Made by a program: the position numbers and the translations under genes. A DNA stretch of 64,000 nt, taken from an uncultured bacterium (GTDB lineage: Bacteria; Bacteroidota; Ignavibacteria; OLB7). Positions 9,801 to 18,800 of this stretch are shown here, piece by piece (the stretch's first letter is position 1; each line of letters opens with the position of its first letter). Location of the stretch: the NCBI GenBank assembly GCA_966250335.1, contig CBINGZ010000022.1, forward strand, positions 11,218 through 75,217. The letters run 5' to 3'. The notes under the pieces were generated by a model. That model worked only from the letters and a program-made list of their open reading frames with translations. It searched no databases and was not told the origin of the DNA.

Positions 9801-12800
9801 TCCACCCCGCATCGAACAGGCTGCGGGACGGCGCGGAGGGGACGGGCGTCAACCAGGCCAGATACGACATCAACCTGGCCGACCTGGGGATCCAGAGCGA
9901 TCCGACGAAACCCGATTATTCGGCCGACGAGATCGTGGAGCTGCAGAAGCGGATCTTCGAGCAGTTCGTCGTGAGGAAGGAGAAGATCTATTTCAAATAT
10001 CTCTATGCGCTCGTCGAGCTGTACGACGACTTCATCAACGCGGGCTTCCCGGTGAACCCCGAGGATTTCGCAACGGCCAGCGACGAGGTGAAGGAGATGA
10101 TCCTGCGGCGATGCGGCGCGGAGTATCTGAACGGATACGCCCAGGTGAGGGATGTCCTGCTCGATCCCCCTCTGAGCCCGCAGCCGACGGGGATCAAGAT
10201 CCTGCTCGGTACCGGGGAGGATGGAGATTACTCGATCCCGCACGAGCTCTGCCTCGATTTCCTCCGCAAGGAACGGGCGGGACGTGTCATCCCCGGCGCC
10301 GACTGCGATGCTCCGAACGATTATACCATCAGCGACGACGGCGAAGCCGTCAGCAGTGTCCGCCAGCTGTGGTCGTTCATGGGAACCATGTTCTCCGACC
10401 TGGAGACCAACTGCCGCACACTCGACTATCCTCACTCCTATCTCCGCATCCCGATAACGCGCCCGAAGAAGGGGGGGGGGATCAGGGTGAAACGGTTGCT
10501 GACCTACGATCCGGGGATCGAGTCCGGGGACGCGGCCCTCTACGGACAGGAGTTCTTCTATCGTACCGAGGATGGAAAAAGCAGCGGCGTGGCCGAGAAC
10601 GAACCGACGACGGGGCGCGATGAGAACTCGATCGTCAAGGAGATGAAGCCGCGTCACGACGAGGACGAGGAGGCGGAGATCGTGGCGGGTGAAGACCTTG
10701 CCGAATATGAAGGGCCGCTCGGCGCCAGCATCATGCCCGGTCCCTCGGTCGGATACTCGCGTGTGGTCGCGCACGATATCAACACGCGCAAGACCGGCAC
10801 CGGGTTCACGGTCCACGACTTCTTCACGGCGAAGGATTATCCCTTCGGGATGCGATATGTGCCGGCGACCGAGGGAACGCCGGAGCCGGCCGGGCTCGAC
10901 AAGAATCCGGTCAGCACGGAGCTTGAGGATCACGCGGACTGGATGATCCTCCCCCTTGGGTTCGCCGGCTACTCCAAGGCCAACGTCTGGCTCACACAGG
11001 GATATTCCTTCGTCGCCAACCGGATGCACGGCCAGCCGAAACGGACGGCGGCCTACGGCGGCCTCTACGATCCGGTCGACCCGGACCCCGCCTCGTGGGT
11101 CCTCAGCAGCCTGGATCAGTACGAGTATTTCGCCCCGGGGGAGCCGGTTCCGCTTATGCGGAGCGCCTCCGATATCGGCAAGAGAGAAGGGGGGATGGCC
11201 GATCCGGTCGTTCCGGGCGGGGTGATCGAGGAGTTCGAGACCGGATATCCCGGGAAGGAGATGGAGGTCCTCTTCGAGGGACGATGGATCGCCGACGACA
11301 AGACCGACATCGCGGTCCCGAGCGATATCAGTATTCCGATACCGGTCGGAATTCCTCCGATCGTCTCATCGGTCGCTCTCTTCTCCTACTCCACGAACAA
11401 CCTGCGGACCCATGTGACGACCAAGGTCGCCCGCTACCCGGCGCTGGTCAAGCGGATGATCACATATCGTGATGGGATCTACGACAGAGTCGACAACCTG
11501 GCGTTCGATCCGGAGACGGGGCGCCCGGCGGTCACCCGCACATACGACGAGTACGACCCGATGCACGAGCCGGTCAGGGCTCCGCATCTTTACGACGGAC
11601 GCTATCGCACCTACACGCTCCCCGCCATGCGTGACCACCGGGAGATGGGGCAGAAGGCGCTCGGCGAGCGCGGCACGATCCTTTCCGGGGACGATATCTC
11701 CGTCACCAGAAAATATCTCGGCACGGACCTGACCCCCTATCTCTCCTTCTCGTTCACGAAGCCGGGAACGGCGGAACTGATGGAAAAGATCGTACCGGGA
11801 GATCTCATCCGCCTCAGTCGCGACAACGGCGGCTTCGCGGGGCTCTACTACGCGGGAACGCCGCGGGGGAACATGCTTCCGCTTCTCCCCACCTATCTCG
11901 GCGGCGACATCTTTACATCGGAGAAGGTGGGGATCGAGATCCTGCGCAGCGGGCGCACGAACCAGCTCAGCGCCGCAAGCGCCGAGATCAGGACGTTCGG
12001 CAGGCCCCGTGCCGTGCAGATCGCGGACGAGAACGGTCAGTACGCATCGAACCGGGACGATATGTTCCTTGCCAGGGAAGGGGTCGTCACCGCGCTCAAC
12101 ACGGCGCTGGATCTGCTGGAAACGATGCCGGTCACCTCTACCACGGGAGTATCGTTCGCCGATGATATCGGTATCGTCGACGTGGACGGGACCTGCCGTA
12201 CACGCCCTTCGGGGACGCCGTGGATCGAGCTGAAGAAGGGCGCCGGGCTGGGGACCGGGGTGAATATCAGCATGGAGGTCGAGACGCGCACGGCGGCGGA
12301 AGCCCCTCCGCTCGTCAGCCCGAGTTATCCGGAGGATTCCCATCCGCTCGTGGTCGATCTCAACGCGATGCTGAACAGGACGTGGGGAATGGAGATCCAG
12401 AGTCTGACGGCGTCGCCGTCGGCACTGTTCGACTGCAGTTCGATATGCACCCCGTATTACGACGAGGAGATCCATGAGGGCTTCCCGCGTTATATCGAGC
12501 AGACATTCCCCTCGGCCATGAAGACTCCGATCCTGGCGGTCGCGGGGATCTCGGCGATACGCACATCGATGTACGATGTGGCGAGCGGTTCGGTGTCGGG
12601 CTCGGATCTTCTTGTTACGACAGACTCCGATATCGGAACCGGATGTATATCGGATCGGGAGGAACGGACGTCGAAGCTGAAGAATATCGCGATCGTTGTA
12701 AAGCAGCCCGGAACGCCGAACGCCCTTACGCTCACGCTGGACGGAAATATCAGGGATTACGTGAGGGATGTCACCTGGGTATACGAGAACGGGCAATACG

Positions 12801-15007
12801 ATCCGGCGCAGACGGCGAAGGCCGGGTATTCGCTGGCCTGTACGGCCCCGGCCGACCTCGGCAACTGGGTGCTGGCCGATGAGGGGGGAAACCCCGAATG
12901 GACCAACTCGGCGCTCGAACCCTCCCCCGATCCGATGGCCTGCTCGAAGCAGTATACGGCGGATGATCCCGGTCTGACGCCGCATCAGGACGCCGAAAAG
13001 AACAACAGTGATATCGTATCGTTCTACGATCCCGGCGTCATCTTCACCGAACAGTTCGCGCGCTTCGGGAACGACGCGGAGGGGAACCTGACGCTGACCC
13101 TTCTCGACGAGAACGGCTGTGACTACCGGAAGCTGACCACCGGCATCAAGCTCTTCGCCCCTCCCGAGCAGGAGGAGACGTGCAGCATCGTGCTGGCCGA
13201 GCTGCCGGGGACCGCCCTCGACTACGGCGCCTTCGAGCTCGATCCGGTGACCTGGGAGGTCCTCTACCGTCCGGAAGGGGAGGCCGCCGCGACGAAGATC
13301 CCCTGCCTTCCGTTCTGCGAGACCGTCAGGTCGGTCAGGACGCTGAACGGCGTGGTGGCCGCCTCGGCGCAGACCTTCGGCGACGACTGGGCCTTCGATC
13401 ATGGTGAGTTCAAGGGAATCCCCTTCAGGGCCAACGCCTACGAGTCCGGGGAGCGGGGGAAATGGCGTCCGGAGGGGGGCCACGTCTTCAATACCGAGAT
13501 CTACGGCGGCACCGGCCTCTTCGGCAAGTCGTACGAGCGAAGCTTCAGGGGAACCGATCCGTCGGGACCGCCGACGCAGGAGACGCACGGGGCCGGCGTC
13601 TACACCGGGTTCACGCTCCACAACCCGGTCGATGAGGCCAACAACAGCCCGAAATGGCTCCGCACGACCGGTGTGGTCTCCTACTCGCCGCACGGCATGC
13701 CGACGGAGCAGCAGGATGTGCTGAACATCCCGAGCGCCTCCAAGTACGGTCACAAGAACATGGTGCCGGTGCTGATAGCCAACAACGCCCCGTACGATGC
13801 CGTGGCGTTCGAGAGCTTCGAGGGGGCGTCCGGCCAGCCGTCCGGGGTCGCGCACTCCGGCAGCAACTCTCTGATGATGACGACGTGGGGCGGACCGGTG
13901 TCGATCCTGGGGCCGACGATCTCGCGGCTGACCTGGACTGCCGACATGGCGTCGCAGGGGGTCTCGGTCAGAGTCTGGTCGAAATCATCGTACACCGATG
14001 AAACGAAGCGCGACGAGCTCGTCGGCGCCCCCTTGTTCAATGTCACCCTTATGGACGAGGACGACCAGCCGCTCCTCTCCATAGCGCCGAGCGCGTTCAA
14101 GCTGATCGCGCAGACCGGCGAATGGTCGCTCCACGAGATGAAGACCACCGGCCTCAGCCTGTCGGTCGGGGATCGCTTCGGCCTGCAGTTCTCGCTGGGG
14201 CAGCGGGGTGTTTCGGGCGGGGGACTCGAACCGAACACGACCTGGGTCGACGACATCAGGGTGCAGCCGGTGACGGCGCAGATGAACTGCTACGTCTATG
14301 ATCCCGCCTCGCTCCGGCTGGTGACCACCTTCGACGATCAGCACTTCGGCATCTACCATCAGTACAACGCCGAAGGGAAGCTGGTGAGGACGCTGAGGGA
14401 GACGGAGCGCGGGATGAAGACCGTCAAGGAGCAGCAGTACCACACCCCGACGCTCGCCCGCGATATCGATCCCGCGGTGGCCGGCATCCCGCCGGCCGAG
14501 AGGATCTCCGGCGATGCCGAACGTCTGCTCGGACGCCTGCGCGGCGCCCCGGCCAGGGTCGACATGGGGGACAACGGCGCCGGGGCGACCGCCGATATCC
14601 TGGATATCGAGCTGAGTCCCGAAAAGCGGACCGTCAAGCTCTTCGGCGAGACGAACCCGACGCTCCCGGACTTTACCGAGATAACGGCTCCCGCCATATC
14701 GCTCCCCGATGTCGATCTCCTGGAGAGTCTTGAAGGGCTCGATCTCACGGAGGTCGAGAAACTGAAGTTCATCGGAGAGCTGCGGGCGCTGGATGAGAAG
14801 CTGAGAGAGATCGCCGGGCGCGACACGGTCGCCCTGAGCGACGATGAGAAGAGGAAGCTCGACGATGAGGTGAAGACGCTGGAAGGGCGCCGGAACGAGA
14901 TCCTCAGGGATTCCCTGAAGCTCTCCGACGATCAGATCCGAGAACTCTACAGAGATGCCGAAGCGCTCCGGAAGGAGAAGGAGGAAAACGATGACGAGCG
15001 GAAATAA
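6875..15007 (+). CDS. Giant (2710 aa) secreted protein with N-terminal SpvB/TcB-like domain, a YD-like repeat segment and a coiled-coil tail; candidate Tc-toxin B-like cocoon component
   Basis: Signal peptide MSKMNRGERYSPAAVLSFALIASFLSLLLPPLLKAQ. Residues ~60-110 (NIPVVTIPGPQGSGYALSLSYHSGNTPETQSSWVGYGWTLNPGSVIRDLRGFPDD) match the conserved SpvB N-terminal motif of TcB/TcaC proteins (..G.GyaP.L.L.Y.SG.gN..fGlGW.....I.R). Later segments resemble YD/RHS repeats (CYVYDPASLRLVTTFDDQHFGIYHQYNAEGKLVRT). The C-terminal ~130 aa is a heptad-rich coiled coil (LKFIGELRALDEKLREI...KEKEENDDERK). The sense strand is confirmed by these motifs; the long antisense ORFs are GC artefacts. Confidence 0.7.
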   Translation: MSKMNRGERYSPAAVLSFALIASFLSLLLPPLLKAQTAGPAQPEFSNFEPVSTSNMVNPFDGSFTYNIPVVTIPGPQGSGYALSLSYHSGNTPETQSSWVGYGWTLNPGSVIRDLRGFPDDHKGAAVRYWNKTGKNWTVSVMPKLTFELFSAEELPEGMYGPEELKRMGDLFSFNNTLRYNNRKGFGYSKSINVSPNLKGMPDWSKGVVSLNLSLDDGVGSFNFGINPAKSLIQHALGTSFPSSTEDIYIDTRKNFNSANSIKLFDLMSVFSFSGSMRASNLPEYEGESYNVRVNGMFTTTPMPVGMKMGIEGSYTWQRNRESNIDGAYGYMYSGDAGEGGAMDYYLERESPYVKRENYLAIPFSNADNFTVTGEGVGGGFRLHSDRAGHFGPVGRHSSIEILQAGLELHAGLNVGVGFSLGVGQHTLEVNRWEDESNSAHHYRANKGDDSYFFRFNNDPGGDVTFADDDTPVRARAVGPFLNPPMFKSYDPKISAFISPTPLDGTQRSNYIAYHTNREMMQRSDTRVGEAWEVNGVYYNSYNKNIASRDFVDRSEQPDGIGEIAVFNEHGNRYVYGLPVYSRKEKNLQFGLDGASADDRENNHIAYTVTTPSASELVVGEERNMPYASMFLLTEITTPDYVDLTNNGPTPDDFGGYTKFNYRRAAGSNSKIDGESEGWGENANEWYKWRFPFSGLIYNRNSLSDPEDDRGSLTSGEKELYYLESIETKTHIARFITNKWPDNLGERLDAYEAHHDEAVAMGDRDAEIGPVGDEPPVNKSEYLTRIELHAKKSNGAPGELLQRVNLEYDYSICPGLPGSYKPEGAEKSGGKLTLRKLWFDHGNTANAEISPYVFHYNYRKSEDYAQEVRDAYPEITSFGDAYYPSSMTTEQQEKIQNPDYSQFLSDRWGYYQFNGADRYRIMNPWVDQTPEPEFDPAAWELKVIRLPSDGEIHVQYEQDDYAYVQDQPAMAMVSLLHPASNRLRDGAEGTGVNQARYDINLADLGIQSDPTKPDYSADEIVELQKRIFEQFVVRKEKIYFKYLYALVELYDDFINAGFPVNPEDFATASDEVKEMILRRCGAEYLNGYAQVRDVLLDPPLSPQPTGIKILLGTGEDGDYSIPHELCLDFLRKERAGRVIPGADCDAPNDYTISDDGEAVSSVRQLWSFMGTMFSDLETNCRTLDYPHSYLRIPITRPKKGGGIRVKRLLTYDPGIESGDAALYGQEFFYRTEDGKSSGVAENEPTTGRDENSIVKEMKPRHDEDEEAEIVAGEDLAEYEGPLGASIMPGPSVGYSRVVAHDINTRKTGTGFTVHDFFTAKDYPFGMRYVPATEGTPEPAGLDKNPVSTELEDHADWMILPLGFAGYSKANVWLTQGYSFVANRMHGQPKRTAAYGGLYDPVDPDPASWVLSSLDQYEYFAPGEPVPLMRSASDIGKREGGMADPVVPGGVIEEFETGYPGKEMEVLFEGRWIADDKTDIAVPSDISIPIPVGIPPIVSSVALFSYSTNNLRTHVTTKVARYPALVKRMITYRDGIYDRVDNLAFDPETGRPAVTRTYDEYDPMHEPVRAPHLYDGRYRTYTLPAMRDHREMGQKALGERGTILSGDDISVTRKYLGTDLTPYLSFSFTKPGTAELMEKIVPGDLIRLSRDNGGFAGLYYAGTPRGNMLPLLPTYLGGDIFTSEKVGIEILRSGRTNQLSAASAEIRTFGRPRAVQIADENGQYASNRDDMFLAREGVVTALNTALDLLETMPVTSTTGVSFADDIGIVDVDGTCRTRPSGTPWIELKKGAGLGTGVNISMEVETRTAAEAPPLVSPSYPEDSHPLVVDLNAMLNRTWGMEIQSLTASPSALFDCSSICTPYYDEEIHEGFPRYIEQTFPSAMKTPILAVAGISAIRTSMYDVASGSVSGSDLLVTTDSDIGTGCISDREERTSKLKNIAIVVKQPGTPNALTLTLDGNIRDYVRDVTWVYENGQYDPAQTAKAGYSLACTAPADLGNWVLADEGGNPEWTNSALEPSPDPMACSKQYTADDPGLTPHQDAEKNNSDIVSFYDPGVIFTEQFARFGNDAEGNLTLTLLDENGCDYRKLTTGIKLFAPPEQEETCSIVLAELPGTALDYGAFELDPVTWEVLYRPEGEAAATKIPCLPFCETVRSVRTLNGVVAASAQTFGDDWAFDHGEFKGIPFRANAYESGERGKWRPEGGHVFNTEIYGGTGLFGKSYERSFRGTDPSGPPTQETHGAGVYTGFTLHNPVDEANNSPKWLRTTGVVSYSPHGMPTEQQDVLNIPSASKYGHKNMVPVLIANNAPYDAVAFESFEGASGQPSGVAHSGSNSLMMTTWGGPVSILGPTISRLTWTADMASQGVSVRVWSKSSYTDETKRDELVGAPLFNVTLMDEDDQPLLSIAPSAFKLIAQTGEWSLHEMKTTGLSLSVGDRFGLQFSLGQRGVSGGGLEPNTTWVDDIRVQPVTAQMNCYVYDPASLRLVTTFDDQHFGIYHQYNAEGKLVRTLRETERGMKTVKEQQYHTPTLARDIDPAVAGIPPAERISGDAERLLGRLRGAPARVDMGDNGAGATADILDIELSPEKRTVKLFGETNPTLPDFTEITAPAISLPDVDLLESLEGLDLTEVEKLKFIGELRALDEKLREIAGRDTVALSDDEKRKLDDEVKTLEGRRNEILRDSLKLSDDQIRELYRDAEALRKEKEENDDERK

Positions 15008-15800
15008 CAGAGGAAGAGCGACCGGACCGTCGTTCCGAATCGCGACACGATTCATTGCCTGCGCGCTCCTGATCCTCCTGGCGGGGACCGAGTCCCGCGC
15101 GCAGGGCTCCTCCGAATGTCTGCGCCCGGTCAGGGATATCTATCGCAGACTGAGTGAATATCCGACAGGGGAGAGAGCGTACCATCTCGCCTACCGGGTG
15201 CGGACGATCATGGCCGACAGCTCCCGGTGGAAGAACAGCACATCGCGGATCGATCTTCTCATGAACGGGGAGAGCGTCCGCTACATCAGCCCGGAGATGG
15301 AGATCTATCGCGACAGCTTCCACACGGTCGCCGTGGTTCCGGAACACCGTATGGTTCAGGTGTCGGCCGTGGGGACCGCGGCCGGGACGGAGGAGATGTG
15401 GGGGAGGATCACTCCCCTCAACGATTCCCTGTTCGCCCGGCTGCATGTGGAGGCCTGCGACGAGATACGCGACGGCGAGGGGCGGCTTCTCAAACGGATC
15501 TCGGCGTCGGCCGACTCGGCGACGATGGCGATCGCCGGGGTCGAGAAGCTCGACTTCACCCTCGATTCCTCCGGAACCTCCCTCCGCACGGTGACGGTCC
15601 ACTACCCCCGGCCGAACCGGGTGGCGGCGCTGGAGGTGACCTTTGAGAGGGTCGATCTGGACGCTCCGGGCGCGGCTCTGGCCCTCTCCCCCCTCTCCGT
15701 CCTGTTCGACGACCGGGGGGAGCTGCTGCCGAAGTACGGCGGGTATCGGATCTCCGACCTTCGCAACTCGCGCTCTTCGAGCAGGGAACAGACTCCGTAG
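14991..15800 (+). CDS. Secreted hypothetical protein (~269 aa) between the two giant toxin-locus genes
   Basis: ATG 14991 overlaps the upstream stop by 17 nt. N-terminus MTSGNNRGRATGPSFRIATRFIACALLILLAGTESRAQG is signal-peptide-like. No recognisable catalytic motifs. Codon usage is like its neighbours. Confidence 0.45.
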   Translation: MTSGNNRGRATGPSFRIATRFIACALLILLAGTESRAQGSSECLRPVRDIYRRLSEYPTGERAYHLAYRVRTIMADSSRWKNSTSRIDLLMNGESVRYISPEMEIYRDSFHTVAVVPEHRMVQVSAVGTAAGTEEMWGRITPLNDSLFARLHVEACDEIRDGEGRLLKRISASADSATMAIAGVEKLDFTLDSSGTSLRTVTVHYPRPNRVAALEVTFERVDLDAPGAALALSPLSVLFDDRGELLPKYGGYRISDLRNSRSSSREQTP

Positions 15801-15866
15801 TATGCCCCGGCCGCATGGGGCCCGCCGAACGACTCTTCCATCGACACCGAAGCCAACTGGATCATT

Positions 15867-18800
15867 ATGAGCGTCTCATCCATCGTTCATCGGTTCGCGA
15901 TTCTCTTCCGTTTCCTGTTCACGGCGGCGCTGCTTGTCGTCTCATCCGTTCCGGCGAGCTCCCAGCAGATCGAGCGCCGCACCGCCACACCCGACGGACT
16001 CTCCGGCGTTGACGGAGGGACCTCCGAGAGCGTCCCCTTCTATGCCATAGAGCAGAAGACCGCCAAGGTGGAGTGGAACGGACCGAACATCATCACGAAC
16101 GCCCAGACCTCCCGGTCGATCGTCCTTCTCGGCGATCCGACCCCCGCGAACTGCTCGCAGACCGATCCGACCGAGGCGAAGCTCAACATCCGCCTCTTCA
16201 TGGGGAACCGGAGCGGAGCGCACGACGAATACGAGTTCGGGACCAACCAGTTCAAGGTGACGGTGCAGGTCCGGATCACCAATACACGCAACGGCGTCCC
16301 GGTGCTTCCCACGACCGATGTCACGCTGGTGAGCCGCGTGGAGATGGTTGCCGGGAAGCTGATGATCGAGCCGGAACAGCTCCACAGCAGCAGTTATCTC
16401 TCGCTGCTGACGGGGCCTACTCCGATCAACGGCATCACCGTCAAGATCATCAACACGCCGACCGTGACGGTGCCCGGCGGAACCCCGGCCGCGGTGACCG
16501 CCAGCCTGGCGGCGAACATCCATATGGAGGCGTTCACGCACGAGGTCTACAAGGTGGCCGGGCGGAGCATCGCCAACTCGGGGAACGATATTCTTGTCGC
16601 TCCGACCGCCGTGACGGCCGTCGGCGGCGAGGTGGTCTCCAACCCCGTCACCTTCTCGTGGGATCTGCTCGCCTGCGACAAGTTCCCCAACTACGAATTC
16701 CAGTTGCTCCGCCTCTACAACAACGATCGCGACAACGAGCCGGATGAGAAACATATCGTGGCGGATGTCGACTGGCGGAAGGCTCTGACGATCGAGACCG
16801 GTAACTCGAAGACCGATCTGACGCTGACGGTCGCCGAGGGGAGCGGATACTACCTCTGGCGCGTCCGCCCGATCGGCGACTACTATCCGGGGGGGATCGC
16901 CAACGACAGGAACTGGGGGGTATGGAGCCAGGCCCCGCCGCAGGGCTCCACGGTCGAGATCTCCGCCACCGAGTTCACGATCACGACGGAAAGCGGCACG
17001 ACGATCGTGGGGCCGAGCGATCCGCGCAACGCGAGCCGGCTCTTCTACAGGCAGTTCGACGACGAGAAGAACTGGATCTTCGAGCGGACCTTCAGCGAGG
17101 GAGAGGAGGGAACGAAGATCGGCGAGGGGATGGCATACGCCTCCTCTCTGATGCAGGTCAAGCAGAAGCAGACGATCCTGAAGACCCACGAGCGGCGTCT
17201 GGTCAGCCAGACGGTCTACGATTACAGCGGGCGCCCTTCCCTCACCGCGCTTCCGGCCCCGGTCCCCGTTCCGGAGGGGATCGGGTTCAGCTACAGGACC
17301 GGGACATTGCAGCATGGGGGCGGAACTCCGCATCTCTACACGGCTGCCGATTTCGACGACGACACCCCCTCAGGGGCGAGCTGCGTCCCCGCGAACTATC
17401 CCTACCTCAACCCCAAGCCCGTCGACGCAGGGATCGTGGGGAATTACTACTCCGACGTCAACTCCGATCTCGATATACCGGATGCCGACGGTTATCCGTT
17501 CCGGCGTGTGCTCTATTACCGGGACGGATCGGGGCGGGAACGTGAATCGGGGAACGTCGGAGCCGCCCACAGGATCGGCGGAAGCGCCGAAGGGGCCGAC
17601 AGAACCGTCAAGACATACTACGGCAGCGTATCGCAGACCGAGCTTGTGCGTCTCTTCGGCGACGAGGCTCCCAGAGCCGACGCGGTCCACAAGATGATCA
17701 CCGTCGACGAGAACAAGGTCGCCACCGTTCAGTATATCAACAACCACGGGAAGCCGATCGCATCGGGCATGATCGCCGGAGCGAACGACCTGCTGACCGA
17801 GATCGAGGGCTATTACGAGGTTTCGCTCCCGAACCCGCACGGCCTGAAGAACGTCGTGGTCAACGAAGCGGTGCCGGGGCGTATGATGCTCGGCGACGAC
17901 GATATGGGGAAGGGGACGAGGCTCGTCTTCATGAAGCCGACCGAGGTGACGATGAGCTACACGCTCACCGTGAACTCCTTCCAGCCCCCATGCGGCTCCG
18001 GCTGCTGGCCGTGCGATCTGGAGGTGGAGTTCGTGATCAACAGGGTCGACAGAGATTGCGACGGGGGAGATCCCGTCCCGGTCTGCAACTCCGCTTCCCC
18101 TCCGCCACCCGGCGCCCTCAACGTCTTCCCGCTCGTCGTTCCCGTTTCGATGGAGAACGTCGAGTGCTTGACGCCGACCGTGCAGACGAGCACCACGGTC
18201 TGTCTCGGCGCGGGGACCTACATCATCGAACGGAGGATCAGGAAGGCTTCCCACACCCTCGGTGAGCTCTCCGCGTTCGAGGAACATGCCGCTACACAGC
18301 GTGCCGAGGTGCGCGATCAGATCAACGACGTGCTGAACGCCGGGCAGGGGACCGGCACCGTGAGCCTTGCACAGATCATGGATCTGGTGGCGGCCGGGCC
18401 CTCCGCTTCGACCCCGAAGTCCCTGGAGGATCTCTACCGGTATATCGAGGACGATATCCTGATCGGTGAGAACAACATGGGGCCGGACCGCTTCACGCGG
18501 GTGATCGAGAACGAGGAAACGATCGGCTACACGTTCGAGACCGAATGCTGCGGCGAGATCTTCATCCCGCGTGAACGTTGCGAGATATGTGGGGAGGGAC
18601 AGCCGGCGTACGAGTTCGAGCAGCTGCTCTACGACAAGTGGGGGAGCAAGTACGATGATGATATCGACGACTATTTCTTCACCGACGGCTTCCCGACGTT
18701 CTCTATGGGAGGGATCGACAAGGGAGACAACGGCCAGTTCGACGCCGTGATCGACCGCATGGTCAACGAGGCGGGCTACAACTGCACGGAGCTGTGGGGG

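Noticed and set aside
7874-11029. 1051-aa ORF on the minus strand (and similar long antisense ORFs at 4525..6801, 11366..13855, 15942..17333, 17370..19322, 20115..21770, 22260..23333, 24354..25955, 26164..27996, 29623..31257, 35956..37908, 47615..49051, 50101..52083, 52825..55350, 60711..62207)
   Set aside because: They are antisense to ORFs with clear domain signatures (SpvB, RHS/YD, T9SS CTD, ABC, TPR and so on). Their translations are Arg/Pro/Gly-rich low-complexity sequences typical of GC-driven stop-codon scarcity, with no recognisable motifs.
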